A stretch of DNA of 64,000 nt from Terriglobia bacterium (GCA_021324615.1 JAJPIT010000017.1:19021-83020), one strand, 5' to 3'. Positions 27,023-35,022 are shown, counted from the stretch's first letter. Program-made: numbers and translations. The notes: generated by a model from the letters alone, not told the origin.

Positions 27023-27091
27023 ATGCGCTGTCCGGAATGTCACAGTGTTTCCCGCGTTGAGACGCCGTACTGCCCAGTCTGCTTGTATTGA
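27023..27091 (+). CDS. candidate 22-aa zinc-ribbon micro-protein (MRCPECHSVSRVETPYCPVCLY)
   Basis: Read directly from the 287-bp spacer. Two CPxC knuckles are separated by 11 residues. An in-frame GTG at 27008 lies 9 nt after GGAG. It is too short for the ORF track. Confidence 0.3.
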   Translation: MRCPECHSVSRVETPYCPVCLY

Positions 27092-27241
27092 TTCAGGGTT
27101 GAGGATCACGCGCGGTGGAATTTTGAAAGGCGCCGGTGGAAATACCGAGCCGGCGCGGCCGCCGTCGGGCTGTCGGTAGCGATTCTGCATTACGCGCTCC
27201 GCGGTGGTGAAACAGTCCGCGGTTGGGCGCGTCCAGCTTAT

Positions 27242-28351
27242 GTGAAAATCGCGCAGGTCGCGCCGCTGTGGGAACGGGTGCCTCCCCGGCTTTACGGCGG
27301 GACGGAGCGGGTGGTCGCCTATCTGACCGACGCGCTGGTCGAAGCGGGACATGACGTTACGCTATTCGCCAGCGGGGACTCTCTCACCAAGGCCCGGCTG
27401 GTCGGCGTGGGCGATTGCGCCCTGCGCCTGGACCCCCGCCCGCGCGATCCGCTATTGAGCCATCTGATGCTGATCGAGACCGTTCTCCGCCGGGCGGACG
27501 ACTTCGATCTTATCCATTTTCATATCGATCACATCCATCTGCCGGTCACAGCCCGCACCGGCGCGGTCCACGTAACGACACTGCACGGCCGGCTGGACGT
27601 TCCGGAACTGGATCGGATGTGCCGGTTATTTCCGAGGGCCCCGGTGATTTCGATCTCCCACGCGCAGCGGCGGCCGCTTCCGTGGCTGAATTGGGTGGCC
27701 ACGGTTTATCACGGGCTTCCTCCCGATCTGCTGCGCCCGCAATTGGCTCCCGGAAAATATCTGGCGTTTCTCGGCCGCATCTCACCTGAGAAGCGCCCGG
27801 ACCGCGCCATCGAGCTGGCCAAGCGGCTCGGCATCCCGCTGCGGATCGCCGCCAAAGTTGACAAGGCCGATCAGACCTATTTTGAAGCCAAGATTAAACC
27901 GCTGCTCGACTGCCCGCTGGTCGAGTACGTGGGCGAGATCGGGGAAGAAGAAAAATCGGAGTTTCTGGGCAACGCCTGCGCGCTGGCCTTTCTCATCGAC
28001 TGGCCGGAACCGTTCGGGCTGGCCATGATCGAAGCGATGGCCTGCGGCACGCCCACCATCGCCTTCGCCTGCGGATCGGTGCCGGAGGTGATCGAACACG
28101 GCCGCAGCGGATTCGTGGTCCATTCGATGGAGGAGGCCGTGGAAGCGGCGAAAAACATCGGCGCCATCGACCGCGCGGCGTGCCGGAGAATCTTCGAGCA
28201 GCGCTTTTCGGCGTCGACAATGGCCGAAGGCTACGCCGCCGCCTATGAAAAGTTGACCGGCGCGCAGGGCGCGTCCAGGAAGAAAACCGGCAGCCGCGCC
28301 GGCCCTCCGCCGGTGCTGCTCGAGGAGCCGCATCTCGGTCCAAGCCGTTAG
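27242..28351 (+). CDS. GT4-family glycosyltransferase
   Basis: The N-terminus MKIAQVAPLWERVPPRLYGGTERVVAYLTDALVEAGHDVTLFASGDS and the C-terminal EPFGLAMIEAMACGTPTIA (E-x7-E region) are typical of GT4/GT-B enzymes. Confidence 0.85.
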   Translation: MKIAQVAPLWERVPPRLYGGTERVVAYLTDALVEAGHDVTLFASGDSLTKARLVGVGDCALRLDPRPRDPLLSHLMLIETVLRRADDFDLIHFHIDHIHLPVTARTGAVHVTTLHGRLDVPELDRMCRLFPRAPVISISHAQRRPLPWLNWVATVYHGLPPDLLRPQLAPGKYLAFLGRISPEKRPDRAIELAKRLGIPLRIAAKVDKADQTYFEAKIKPLLDCPLVEYVGEIGEEEKSEFLGNACALAFLIDWPEPFGLAMIEAMACGTPTIAFACGSVPEVIEHGRSGFVVHSMEEAVEAAKNIGAIDRAACRRIFEQRFSASTMAEGYAAAYEKLTGAQGASRKKTGSRAGPPPVLLEEPHLGPSR

Positions 28352-29139
28352 TCTTTGTGCCGCGCGTTCAGGTCGCGGGAAAGCATCAGCTTGAGCGTCA
28401 GCCGGTCCGCCCCGGCGGTCACGCCCACGCCGACGCCCGCTTCGATGTTCACCCACCGGGTGTTGTGATCCATCACCGCCCAGACCTCCTGAAACTGATC
28501 GTGCGCGGGAAGGAACTGCCGGAGCGGGCCGAAATCGGCGTACTCCTCAGCGGCGACCGCCCACTTGTCGTTGAAATTATAGGCGACGCGCGTGGCCGGC
28601 ACGAATTCCAGATTGCCGAAGCCGCCGGTGAAGTTGGTGTCGACGATCGGATTGAAAATAATATCGACCGGATGAAGATGCACGCCCACGATCGGCCGCA
28701 CCTCGGAGGTGATCCGGCGCGACTCCCAATAGTTCGCGTTCACGCTGAACTCGTAATTGACGCCCCAAAAAATCTTGTGCTCGGCGGCGTGCGGGCGCAC
28801 GAACAGCTCGCGAATTTTGAACCCGTTGATGGTCGCGCCGCGGCCCTGCGAGTAGAAGCTGTAGACCGGCAGGTACAGGCCCTGCTCGAACCAGTCGGTC
28901 ACGCCGTAGTCCCATTCGGATGCGCCGTTGACCGAGTCGTTGGGGATGATCGCGCCGGGGTAATCCGGCGTTTTCCGCCCGATCGGCGTGAAATTGGTGT
29001 GAATCATCAGGTTGAAGACGCCTTTTTCAGCGATTTCGGCGTCGTAAACCTGAATCTCATCAGTCTGGGCGCGGAGCGCGGCGGGCGAGCAGAGCAACAG
29101 AAGCCACAGAAAATGCCGATGTTTTCCGAAGAGGGTCAT
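28348..29139 (-). CDS. putative outer-membrane beta-barrel protein (MetA/phenol-degradation-like transporter family)
   Basis: From the internal Met, the signal peptide is MTLFGKHRHFLWLLLLCSPAALRAQ. An alternating aromatic/hydrophilic beta-strand pattern runs to the C-terminus. The family assignment is tentative. The stop overlaps the GT4 stop (TTAG). Confidence 0.55.
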   Translation of the reverse strand: MTLFGKHRHFLWLLLLCSPAALRAQTDEIQVYDAEIAEKGVFNLMIHTNFTPIGRKTPDYPGAIIPNDSVNGASEWDYGVTDWFEQGLYLPVYSFYSQGRGATINGFKIRELFVRPHAAEHKIFWGVNYEFSVNANYWESRRITSEVRPIVGVHLHPVDIIFNPIVDTNFTGGFGNLEFVPATRVAYNFNDKWAVAAEEYADFGPLRQFLPAHDQFQEVWAVMDHNTRWVNIEAGVGVGVTAGADRLTLKLMLSRDLNARHKD

Positions 29140-29243
29140 GATCAGAGCGCCGGCCGGCGATCTTTCACTATATTCAAGCCGCTGATTGGCCGCAAGATGC
29201 GCGTCGCCGGATGAGGCGGAAGCGGGAGGCGGAAAATTCCGGG

Positions 29244-29271
29244 TCAACAAATGCCATCCGCCGGACGATAA
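29244..29271 (+). promoter_or_regulatory. candidate sigma28 (FliA)-type promoter for fliD
   Basis: TCAA-N16-GACGATAA compared with the consensus TAAA-N15-GCCGATAA. The -10-like element ends 7 nt before the GTG at 29279. Confidence 0.3.
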
Positions 29272-29278
29272 GACCAGC

Positions 29279-30943
29279 GTGAGCACTAGCCCGTCCCTGT
29301 TAACGTCATCCAACGGCATCCCCTTTACCGGCGTAAGCCAGTACGCCAGCACGTTCCAGTCGCTTCTGAACGCGTCGGTGCAAACGGCGGAGATTCCGAT
29401 CACGCAGCTTCAGAACGAGGATTCGACGGTTCTCTCGCGGGAAGCCTCGCTCGGCAGCCTTCAGTCGTCGGCCGCGAACCTGACCAGCAGCTTGAACGCG
29501 CTGGCCGCGTTGGCGGGAGGGCAGGCTCTCAGCGCGTCCAGCTCGGACCCGAGCGTGGTCACGGCGACTGCCACCGGGGCGACGTTGCCGGCTTCGTATA
29601 CGATCAACTCGGTGACATCGCTCGCCTCGGCGGCATCGGAGGTGAGCGTCAACAGCTACGCCAGCGGCACGGCGACGCCGGTCTCCAACGGGACGATGAC
29701 GCTGGTGGCCGGGGGCCAGTCCTACACTTTGAATCTGGCGGCGAACAATTTAAACGCGCTGGTGTCGGCGATCAACGGCGCCGGAGCGGGCGTGACCGCG
29801 TCGGTGATTCCGAATGGATCGGGCAGCCAGCTTTCCATCCGCTCCAACGGCGGGCCCGAGTCGATTCAGTTGTACGACGGCGTCTCGGCCAGCGGAACGG
29901 ACTTGATCACCAACACCGGATCGGGCGTGGAGACCAGCACGGCGACCTACGCCGATCCGGCCTCGACGCAGGTTTCCAAGGGCGTGATGACGCTGGTGGC
30001 CGGCTCGCGCCAGTACACGTTTGCGCTCAGCGGAAATAATCTGGTGGCGCTCGCGCAGGCGATCAATTCGCAGAATGCCGGCGTCACGGCCTCGATCCTG
30101 ACCACCTCCTCCGGCGATTATCTTTCGGTTTCGGCCAATCAAAACGGCGCGACGACGCTGGCGCTTTACGATGGCGCCACGGCCGGCGGAACGGATCTGC
30201 TCACGCAGAATCATCAGGGCAGCGACGCGCAGTTCCAGCTCGATGGAATCAGCATATCGGAGCCCGGCAATACCATCAACGACGTGATTCCGGGACTAAC
30301 CTTCACGCTCACCGGCACCAGCTCCTCGCCGGCCACAATTTCGCTGGCGAGCGATCCGTCACAGCTTTCCTCCGCGCTTCAGAATTTCGTCACCAGCTAC
30401 AACTCGCTTCAGACCGCGGTTCAGGCGCAGGAGGGGCCAAACGCCGGGCCGCTGGCCGGCGACAGCGTCGTGGGGCAGCTTCAGACAATGCTGAACCAGA
30501 TCGCCGCCTATACCAACATCGGCGGCGGCATTCAAAGCCTCTCAGATCTCGGCGTGGATTTCAACAGCGATACCGGACAGCTCTCCTTCGATCAAACGGC
30601 CTTCGACGCCCTCAGCCAGAGCCAGATCCAGCAGGCCTTCCAGTTCCTGGGATCAAGCACCGCCGGATTCGGCGCCTTTGCCACGCAAATGAGCGGCTTC
30701 AGCGATCCGGTGACCGGCCTGATTCAAGCCGAGATCACCGGAGACAAGAAAACGGATTCCGATCTTCAGAACCAGATCGCCAATCTCCAGGACCAGGTCC
30801 ACCAGATGCAGATCAGCCTCACGCAGCAGTTCGAGAACGCCGACGCGCTTCAGCAGGAGCTGGAAAATCAGCAATCGGCTCTATCGGCGAGTTTGAACGG
30901 GCTGAACCTGGTGCTCTACGGGCGGAACACGACGTCGTTCTAG
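29279..30943 (+). CDS. fliD: flagellar filament capping protein FliD (hook-associated protein 2)
   Basis: N-terminal heptad region (YASTFQSLLNASVQTAEIPITQLQNEDSTVLSREASLGSLQSS), central repeats and a C-terminal coiled coil (LQNQIANLQDQVHQMQISLTQQFENADALQQELENQQSAL). The start is taken at GTG 29279 (VSTSPSLLTSSNGIPFTG). The ORF track starts at 29186. Confidence 0.82.
   Translation: MSTSPSLLTSSNGIPFTGVSQYASTFQSLLNASVQTAEIPITQLQNEDSTVLSREASLGSLQSSAANLTSSLNALAALAGGQALSASSSDPSVVTATATGATLPASYTINSVTSLASAASEVSVNSYASGTATPVSNGTMTLVAGGQSYTLNLAANNLNALVSAINGAGAGVTASVIPNGSGSQLSIRSNGGPESIQLYDGVSASGTDLITNTGSGVETSTATYADPASTQVSKGVMTLVAGSRQYTFALSGNNLVALAQAINSQNAGVTASILTTSSGDYLSVSANQNGATTLALYDGATAGGTDLLTQNHQGSDAQFQLDGISISEPGNTINDVIPGLTFTLTGTSSSPATISLASDPSQLSSALQNFVTSYNSLQTAVQAQEGPNAGPLAGDSVVGQLQTMLNQIAAYTNIGGGIQSLSDLGVDFNSDTGQLSFDQTAFDALSQSQIQQAFQFLGSSTAGFGAFATQMSGFSDPVTGLIQAEITGDKKTDSDLQNQIANLQDQVHQMQISLTQQFENADALQQELENQQSALSASLNGLNLVLYGRNTTSF
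29681..30214 (+). repeat. intragenic tandem duplication inside fliD (two units of about 80 aa, offset 291 nt)
   Basis: Unit 1 is VSNGTMTLVAGGQSYTLNLAANNLNALVSAINGAGAGVTASV...LYDGVSASGTDLITN. Unit 2 is VSKGVMTLVAGSRQYTFALSGNNLVALAQAINSQNAGVTASI...LYDGATAGGTDLLTQ. From memory, this resembles the flagellin/hook 'IN' repeat motif. Confidence 0.75.
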
Positions 30944-31012
30944 GACCGGGCCGCTGCACAGACGGCAAGGCTCGAGCCCGCCCGATGAGATTCCGCGCCG
31001 CCAAGAGCCGGG

Positions 31013-31945
31013 CTACGCCTTTGCGGCGACGCCAAGTTTTTCCCAGTCCGATGCTTCACCGAATTTTTGCGCGGTCACTGAGCCGTCGATATTTCGAACC
31101 AGTCCCGTCAGAACGCTTCCGGCGCCGACTTCGATAAAACGAGACGCGCCTCTTTCGATCAGCAGCCGGATGGTTTCCGTCCAGCGCACCGGATTCGGAA
31201 CCTGGTGGTAAAGCCCTTCACGCGCCTCCGCGCCGCACCGGACTTCCCGGGCCTGCCAGTTGTTGATCAGCGGAATCGACAAATCGCGAAACGGGGTGGC
31301 CTCCAGATCCGGCTTCAATCGTTCCTGCGCGGGTTTCATCAGCGGGCAATGGAACGGAGCGCTGACTTGCAGCAAGACGGCGCGGCGCGCCCCGGCGGCC
31401 TTGGCGAGCTCCACGGCCCGGTTTACCGCGCCCGCGTGTCCGGCGATCACCACCTGCTCCGGCGTATTGAAATTCGCGGCCGCGACCACTTCGCCTTGGG
31501 AGGCCTGCTCCAGCACGCCGGCCAGCTTTTCCTCGGGTAATTTGAGCAGGGCGGCCATGGCTCCCATGCCCTCCGGCACGGCTTCCTGCATGTACCGGCC
31601 GCGCTTGCGCACCAGGCGGATCGCGTCGGCGAAGTCGATCGCGCCGGCCGCCACCAGAGCCGAATATTCGCCCAGGCTGTGCCCGGCAACGTAATCGGCC
31701 GCCAGTCCTTTGGCCCGCAAGACCGTCCAGGCGGCCACGGAAACCGCCAGCAGCGCCGGCTGCGTATTTTCGGTCAGCCGGAGTTGATCCTCCGGTCCCT
31801 CAAAGCACAGCTTCGAGATAGGGAATCCGAGCGCGCGGTCGGCCTCCTCAAAGACGCGGGCGGCTTCCGGGTAAGCATCGGCGAGGGATCGGCCCATTCC
31901 CGCGAATTGAGCGCCCTGGCCGGGAAAAAGGAAAACGGTGGACAT
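31013..31945 (-). CDS. fabD: malonyl CoA-ACP transacylase FabD
   Basis: From the internal Met: MSTVFLFPGQGAQFAGMG, the active-site GHSLGEYSA and 310 aa in total. The Arg-rich N-terminal extension of the longest ORF (to 32242) overlaps the upstream gene and is rejected. Confidence 0.9.
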   Translation of the reverse strand: MSTVFLFPGQGAQFAGMGRSLADAYPEAARVFEEADRALGFPISKLCFEGPEDQLRLTENTQPALLAVSVAAWTVLRAKGLAADYVAGHSLGEYSALVAAGAIDFADAIRLVRKRGRYMQEAVPEGMGAMAALLKLPEEKLAGVLEQASQGEVVAAANFNTPEQVVIAGHAGAVNRAVELAKAAGARRAVLLQVSAPFHCPLMKPAQERLKPDLEATPFRDLSIPLINNWQAREVRCGAEAREGLYHQVPNPVRWTETIRLLIERGASRFIEVGAGSVLTGLVRNIDGSVTAQKFGEASDWEKLGVAAKA

Positions 31946-31946
31946 G

Positions 31947-31990
31947 GAAGAAACAGGTCCGGGACCGCCTCGGCGTTCCCGGCTTTCTTC
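31947..31990 (-). terminator. long GC-rich hairpin abutting the fabD start codon (terminator of the HDOD gene and/or fabD leader structure)
   Basis: The minus-strand RNA reads GAAGAAAG-CCGGGAACGCC-GA-GGCGGTCCCGG-ACCUG-UUUCUUC-C-AUG. The inner stem has about 10 bp with one mismatch. The outer stem is the 7-bp pair GAAGAAA/UUUCUUC. Confidence 0.4.
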
Positions 31991-32019
31991 TATGTATACC
32001 TCAGCTATGTATACGTCAG
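31990..32019. repeat. tandem direct repeat, 2 x 15 bp (CTATGTATACCTCAG / CTATGTATACGTCAG)
   Basis: The two units match at 14 of 15 positions and each contains the palindrome GTATAC. Unit 2 encodes the last codons and stop of the HDOD gene. Unit 1 is intergenic, 44 nt upstream of the fabD ATG. Confidence 0.85.
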
Positions 32020-33012
32020 CGCCTGGATGCTGCGGTCCTGCTGGGGGACCAGCCGCGCCAGATCGGACTCTTTGAGTTGCGCGCGCTCGAGCGCAAGTCG
32101 CAGGCGCGCGGCCGAGGGAACGTCCTCTCCGGCGTCGCTCCAATGTTCGACCAGGAACAGGATCGCGGCCAGACGGTCGCCGGTTTTTTCCGGCTGATGA
32201 TGAAACTCGACGGCGGTCACCAGCGGCTCGGGGAAGCGCCACCCTTTGAGGGCGCGCGCTCCGGCCTGCGCGTGGCTGAAGCCGGATAGCATGCGCTCGG
32301 CCAGAAAGGGCTCGCAGCCGGCCCGCGTCAGATACTCAAAGCGGGACTGGAAGGCGGCGGGCAGCATCATCATCGCCAGCCTGCCGATGTCGTGAATCAG
32401 CCCGGCGAGAAAGGCCTCGTCGGGATCCGCCGCCCGGCTGGATTCCGCCAGGGTGCGGGCCGCCTGCGCGGCCGCCAGCGAATGCATCCACAAGGGGCGC
32501 AGCGGAGCGCTGGAGTACAACGGCCGGAGCGAGGCCGCGTAAAGAATGCGCGCCGCCCGCGCGGCCCCGATATAGCTGATTGCGTGAGCGATGGTGGAGA
32601 TGCTCCGGCGCGCGCCGCTGGGGCCGGAGTTCGCCGCGCCGATGAGCTCGGCGGCGATCTTCTGGTCGCTGGAGGCGACGGCCTCCAGCTCCACCCCCGA
32701 CCAATCGCTGCTCATCAGCATCTGCAAGGCGCGCTGCGCCACCGCCGGAAAAACCGGCAGGCGCGCGATGGCCAGATCCAAATCTTGCAAAGTCGCGGCG
32801 CGGAGACACTCCAGCCCGGCGGCGGCGATCGGATCGGGCGGCGTTTCCGCTCCCCCGGAGAAGGGCTCCCAGGCGAAGTGATGATTCACCGCCTCGGCGA
32901 TCTCCAGAACCTCCTGCGTTGCGCCGCCGCGCGCGCTCTGTTCAATGGCCAGTGACAGGGCGGCGATCCGCCGGTAGTAAGCTTCCGTTGCCGGATCGGG
33001 TTGCCCGGACAT
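32005..33012 (-). CDS. HDOD-domain signalling protein
   Basis: The HD-like motif LIHDIGRLAMMML sits within a helical HDOD-type region (LPVFPAVAQRALQMLMSSD...). The start is taken at ATG 33012 (MSGQPDP), which lies 8 nt after a sigma28-type -10 box. The longest ORF starts at TTG 33033. Confidence 0.7.
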   Translation of the reverse strand: MSGQPDPATEAYYRRIAALSLAIEQSARGGATQEVLEIAEAVNHHFAWEPFSGGAETPPDPIAAAGLECLRAATLQDLDLAIARLPVFPAVAQRALQMLMSSDWSGVELEAVASSDQKIAAELIGAANSGPSGARRSISTIAHAISYIGAARAARILYAASLRPLYSSAPLRPLWMHSLAAAQAARTLAESSRAADPDEAFLAGLIHDIGRLAMMMLPAAFQSRFEYLTRAGCEPFLAERMLSGFSHAQAGARALKGWRFPEPLVTAVEFHHQPEKTGDRLAAILFLVEHWSDAGEDVPSAARLRLALERAQLKESDLARLVPQQDRSIQALTYT

Positions 33013-33020
33013 CAATTTTC

Positions 33021-33047
33021 TTATCGGCCGCAAGGCGCCCGTCTATA
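33021..33047 (-). promoter_or_regulatory. candidate sigma28 (FliA)-dependent promoter of the HDOD gene
   Basis: The minus strand reads TTTTTTATAGACGGGCGCCTTGCGGCCGATAAGAAAATTGATG. That gives TATA-N15-GCCGATAA with a perfect 8-mer -10 element, ending 8 nt before the ATG. Confidence 0.45.
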
Positions 33048-33136
33048 AAAAATAGGCGATAGAAAAGGTGATTCTTTTCGCCGCCCGCGCGCGTCTTTAA
33101 TCGGTGAACGCGAGTTCTGTTCTCAGGAGGAGTCAC

Positions 33137-33331
33137 GTGAACAAACCGCAGGCCAAGACTGAAACGGGCAAGGTTTATTGCCCCATCTGCACCCATACTG
33201 TGGACGCGCAGGTTCACCGCATTCGCGGCCGCTACGCCCGTCGGCTCGCCGTAAAACCGGGGCAGCGCTGCCCGCACTGCGCCGCGCCCCTGGATGCGGG
33301 CTATATTTTCCGGTCCGGCCGTGCGGCCTGA
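33137..33331 (+). CDS. small zinc-ribbon protein (64 aa, CPIC...CPHC)
   Basis: AGGAGG lies 6 nt before the GTG at 33137. Sequence: VNKPQAKTETGKVYCPICTHTVDAQV...GQRCPHCAAPLD. The ORF track starts at 33104. Confidence 0.55.
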   Translation: MNKPQAKTETGKVYCPICTHTVDAQVHRIRGRYARRLAVKPGQRCPHCAAPLDAGYIFRSGRAA

Positions 33332-33382
33332 TCCGCGAGAACCGGCTCAACCCATTCGAGCCTTGCCTGTTATAGTGGAGTT

Positions 33383-33619
33383 GTGAGACGAAAGCGCACG
33401 CCCGAATCCGAACCGGTTCCGGAAGCGATTGTGACGGAGGCGATCATCGAACAGGCGCGCCGCGCCATTGAAGCGGATCGCGTCCGGAAACCCGCCTCTT
33501 GCACGGTCTGCGGCGGCGAGTGCGCTCCCAACTCCACCGAAGGCTTGTGCTGGGTCTGCCGACGCCTCAAGCTCAGCGCCTGGCGCGACGCCGATTCGCA
33601 GATGTCGGCGCAGGAATAA
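33383..33619 (+). CDS. small Cys4 (CxxC-x10-CxxC) protein, 78 aa
   Basis: ORF-track protein contains CTVCGGECAPNSTEGLCWVCRR. A GGAG lies just upstream of the GTG. Confidence 0.4.
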   Translation: MRRKRTPESEPVPEAIVTEAIIEQARRAIEADRVRKPASCTVCGGECAPNSTEGLCWVCRRLKLSAWRDADSQMSAQE

Positions 33620-33669
33620 CCTGTCCGAACTTTTCCGCTCCCGATTCCGTATCCCTGCCAGGACCAAAT

Positions 33670-33870
33670 ATGCTCACGTTCCTGCTGTGGTGCATCCTGC
33701 TGGTGCTCTGCTGGCCGCTGGCGCTGCTTGCGCTGTTCCTTTATCCGATCGTGTGGCTTTTCCTGCTGCCCTTCCGCATTGCCGGCATCGCCGTTGGAGG
33801 CGCGCTTGGCCTGGTCTGGGCCGTGGTGACGCTGCCGTTCTTGCTGGCGCGGCGTCTGGCGCGGATTTAA
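33670..33870 (+). CDS. small hydrophobic membrane protein (66 aa, 2 TM)
   Basis: The in-frame ATG at 33670 gives MLTFLLWCILLVLCWPLALLALFLYPIVWLFLLPFRIAGIAVGGALGLVWAVVTLPFLLARRLARI. Confidence 0.4.
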   Translation: MLTFLLWCILLVLCWPLALLALFLYPIVWLFLLPFRIAGIAVGGALGLVWAVVTLPFLLARRLARI

Positions 33871-33888
33871 TTCCGAATCGGGGCGGCG

Positions 33889-34164
33889 TTAGGGATGCTC
33901 GGTGGTGGGATCGATCATCTTGCGAATTTCCGTAATCTTTGTTGCCGGAAAGCCGCTGAGGCGGGCATGCTCGCGGATGATCTCTTCGTCCTTGGCCAGG
34001 TACACGCAAAACGTTTTGTCGCCGGCGACGAACGATTCCACCCATTGAATATCCGGTCCCAAAGCCCTGAGGGCGCTGTTTGATTTTTTGGCCGCCTCGC
34101 GAAGCTGCTCACGCTCTAAAGTTCCCACTCCGGGAATCTCCCGTTCGATGACAAAACGCTTCAC
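33889..34164 (-). CDS. DUF4242-like small protein (91 aa)
   Basis: AAGGAGG lies 5 nt before the GTG start. The pattern MKRFVIEREIPGVGTL...WVESFVAGDKTFCVYLAKDEEIIREHARLSGFPATKITEI matches my memory of DUF4242 family members. Confidence 0.5.
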   Translation of the reverse strand: MKRFVIEREIPGVGTLEREQLREAAKKSNSALRALGPDIQWVESFVAGDKTFCVYLAKDEEIIREHARLSGFPATKITEIRKMIDPTTEHP

Positions 34165-34205
34165 TCGTCCCTCCTTATGATTGCTCAGGCTACACTATTG
34201 TAGCG

Positions 34206-34991
34206 ATGCGGAGCGCCATCATTGCGGTTCCGGTTCGAAGAATGGGCGGCCCCGAGGATTCCATCGAGCAGGACCTGCTGGCGGTGGAAGAGCCGCTGGA
34301 AATCCGCGTGAATGGCCGCAACGTCGCCATCACCATGCGGACCCCCGGCAACGACGAGGAACTGGCTGCCGGCTTTCTGTTCACCGAAGGGGTTTTGAGC
34401 GGCGCGTCGCAGATCCGGTCCATCACGGCGGAGAAGAATATCGCCGCCGTTTCTCTCACCGCAAGCGCCGATCTGTCGCGGCTGGAGCGCCGCTTTTACC
34501 GGAGTTCGAGCTGCGGGGTGTGCGGCAAGGCTTCCATCGACGCCATCGAACTGGCCGACGGTGCGGAGCCCGTCCGCGGCGGCCCGCTTGTCGCCCGCGA
34601 AACGCTCGGCCGCCTTCCCGAAAAACTTCGCGCCCGCCAGCCGGTTTTCGCGCGTACCGGCGGCTTGCACGGGGCGGCGCTGTTTGACGCCGCGGGCGAA
34701 CTGCTGGAGGTCCGCGAGGACGTGGGGCGGCATAATGCGCTCGATAAGTTGATCGGCGCGGCGTATTTGCGCGGCGCGCTGCCGCTGGCCGACCGGATTT
34801 TATTGCTGAGCGGGCGCGCCAGTTTCGAGCTGCTGCATAAGGCGGTGATGGCCGGGATCGCCGTGGTGGCCGCCGTCGGGGCGCCATCCAGCCTGGCGGT
34901 GGAGGTGGCGTTGCGCTTCGGCGTGACGCTGTGCGGCTTCCTCCGCCCGGACCGGTTCAACGTTTACTCCGCCCCGTCCCGCTTGCTGTGA
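34206..34991 (+). CDS. fdhD: formate dehydrogenase accessory sulfurtransferase FdhD
   Basis: Contains SSCGVCGKASID (catalytic Cys loop), GGLHGAALF and VGRHNALDKLIG. 261 aa. Confidence 0.85.
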   Translation: MRSAIIAVPVRRMGGPEDSIEQDLLAVEEPLEIRVNGRNVAITMRTPGNDEELAAGFLFTEGVLSGASQIRSITAEKNIAAVSLTASADLSRLERRFYRSSSCGVCGKASIDAIELADGAEPVRGGPLVARETLGRLPEKLRARQPVFARTGGLHGAALFDAAGELLEVREDVGRHNALDKLIGAAYLRGALPLADRILLLSGRASFELLHKAVMAGIAVVAAVGAPSSLAVEVALRFGVTLCGFLRPDRFNVYSAPSRLL

Positions 34992-35022
34992 CGAGCCTAA
35001 GCCGCCCGGCCGCCAGCGGCGG

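Noticed and set aside
29681-30214. The internal duplication in fliD as a novel repeat.
   Set aside because: A repeated motif of this kind (ending ...AIN...GVTAS...) is, to my recollection, a known feature of FliD, flagellin and hook-associated proteins. It is recorded as a feature but not treated as a discovery.
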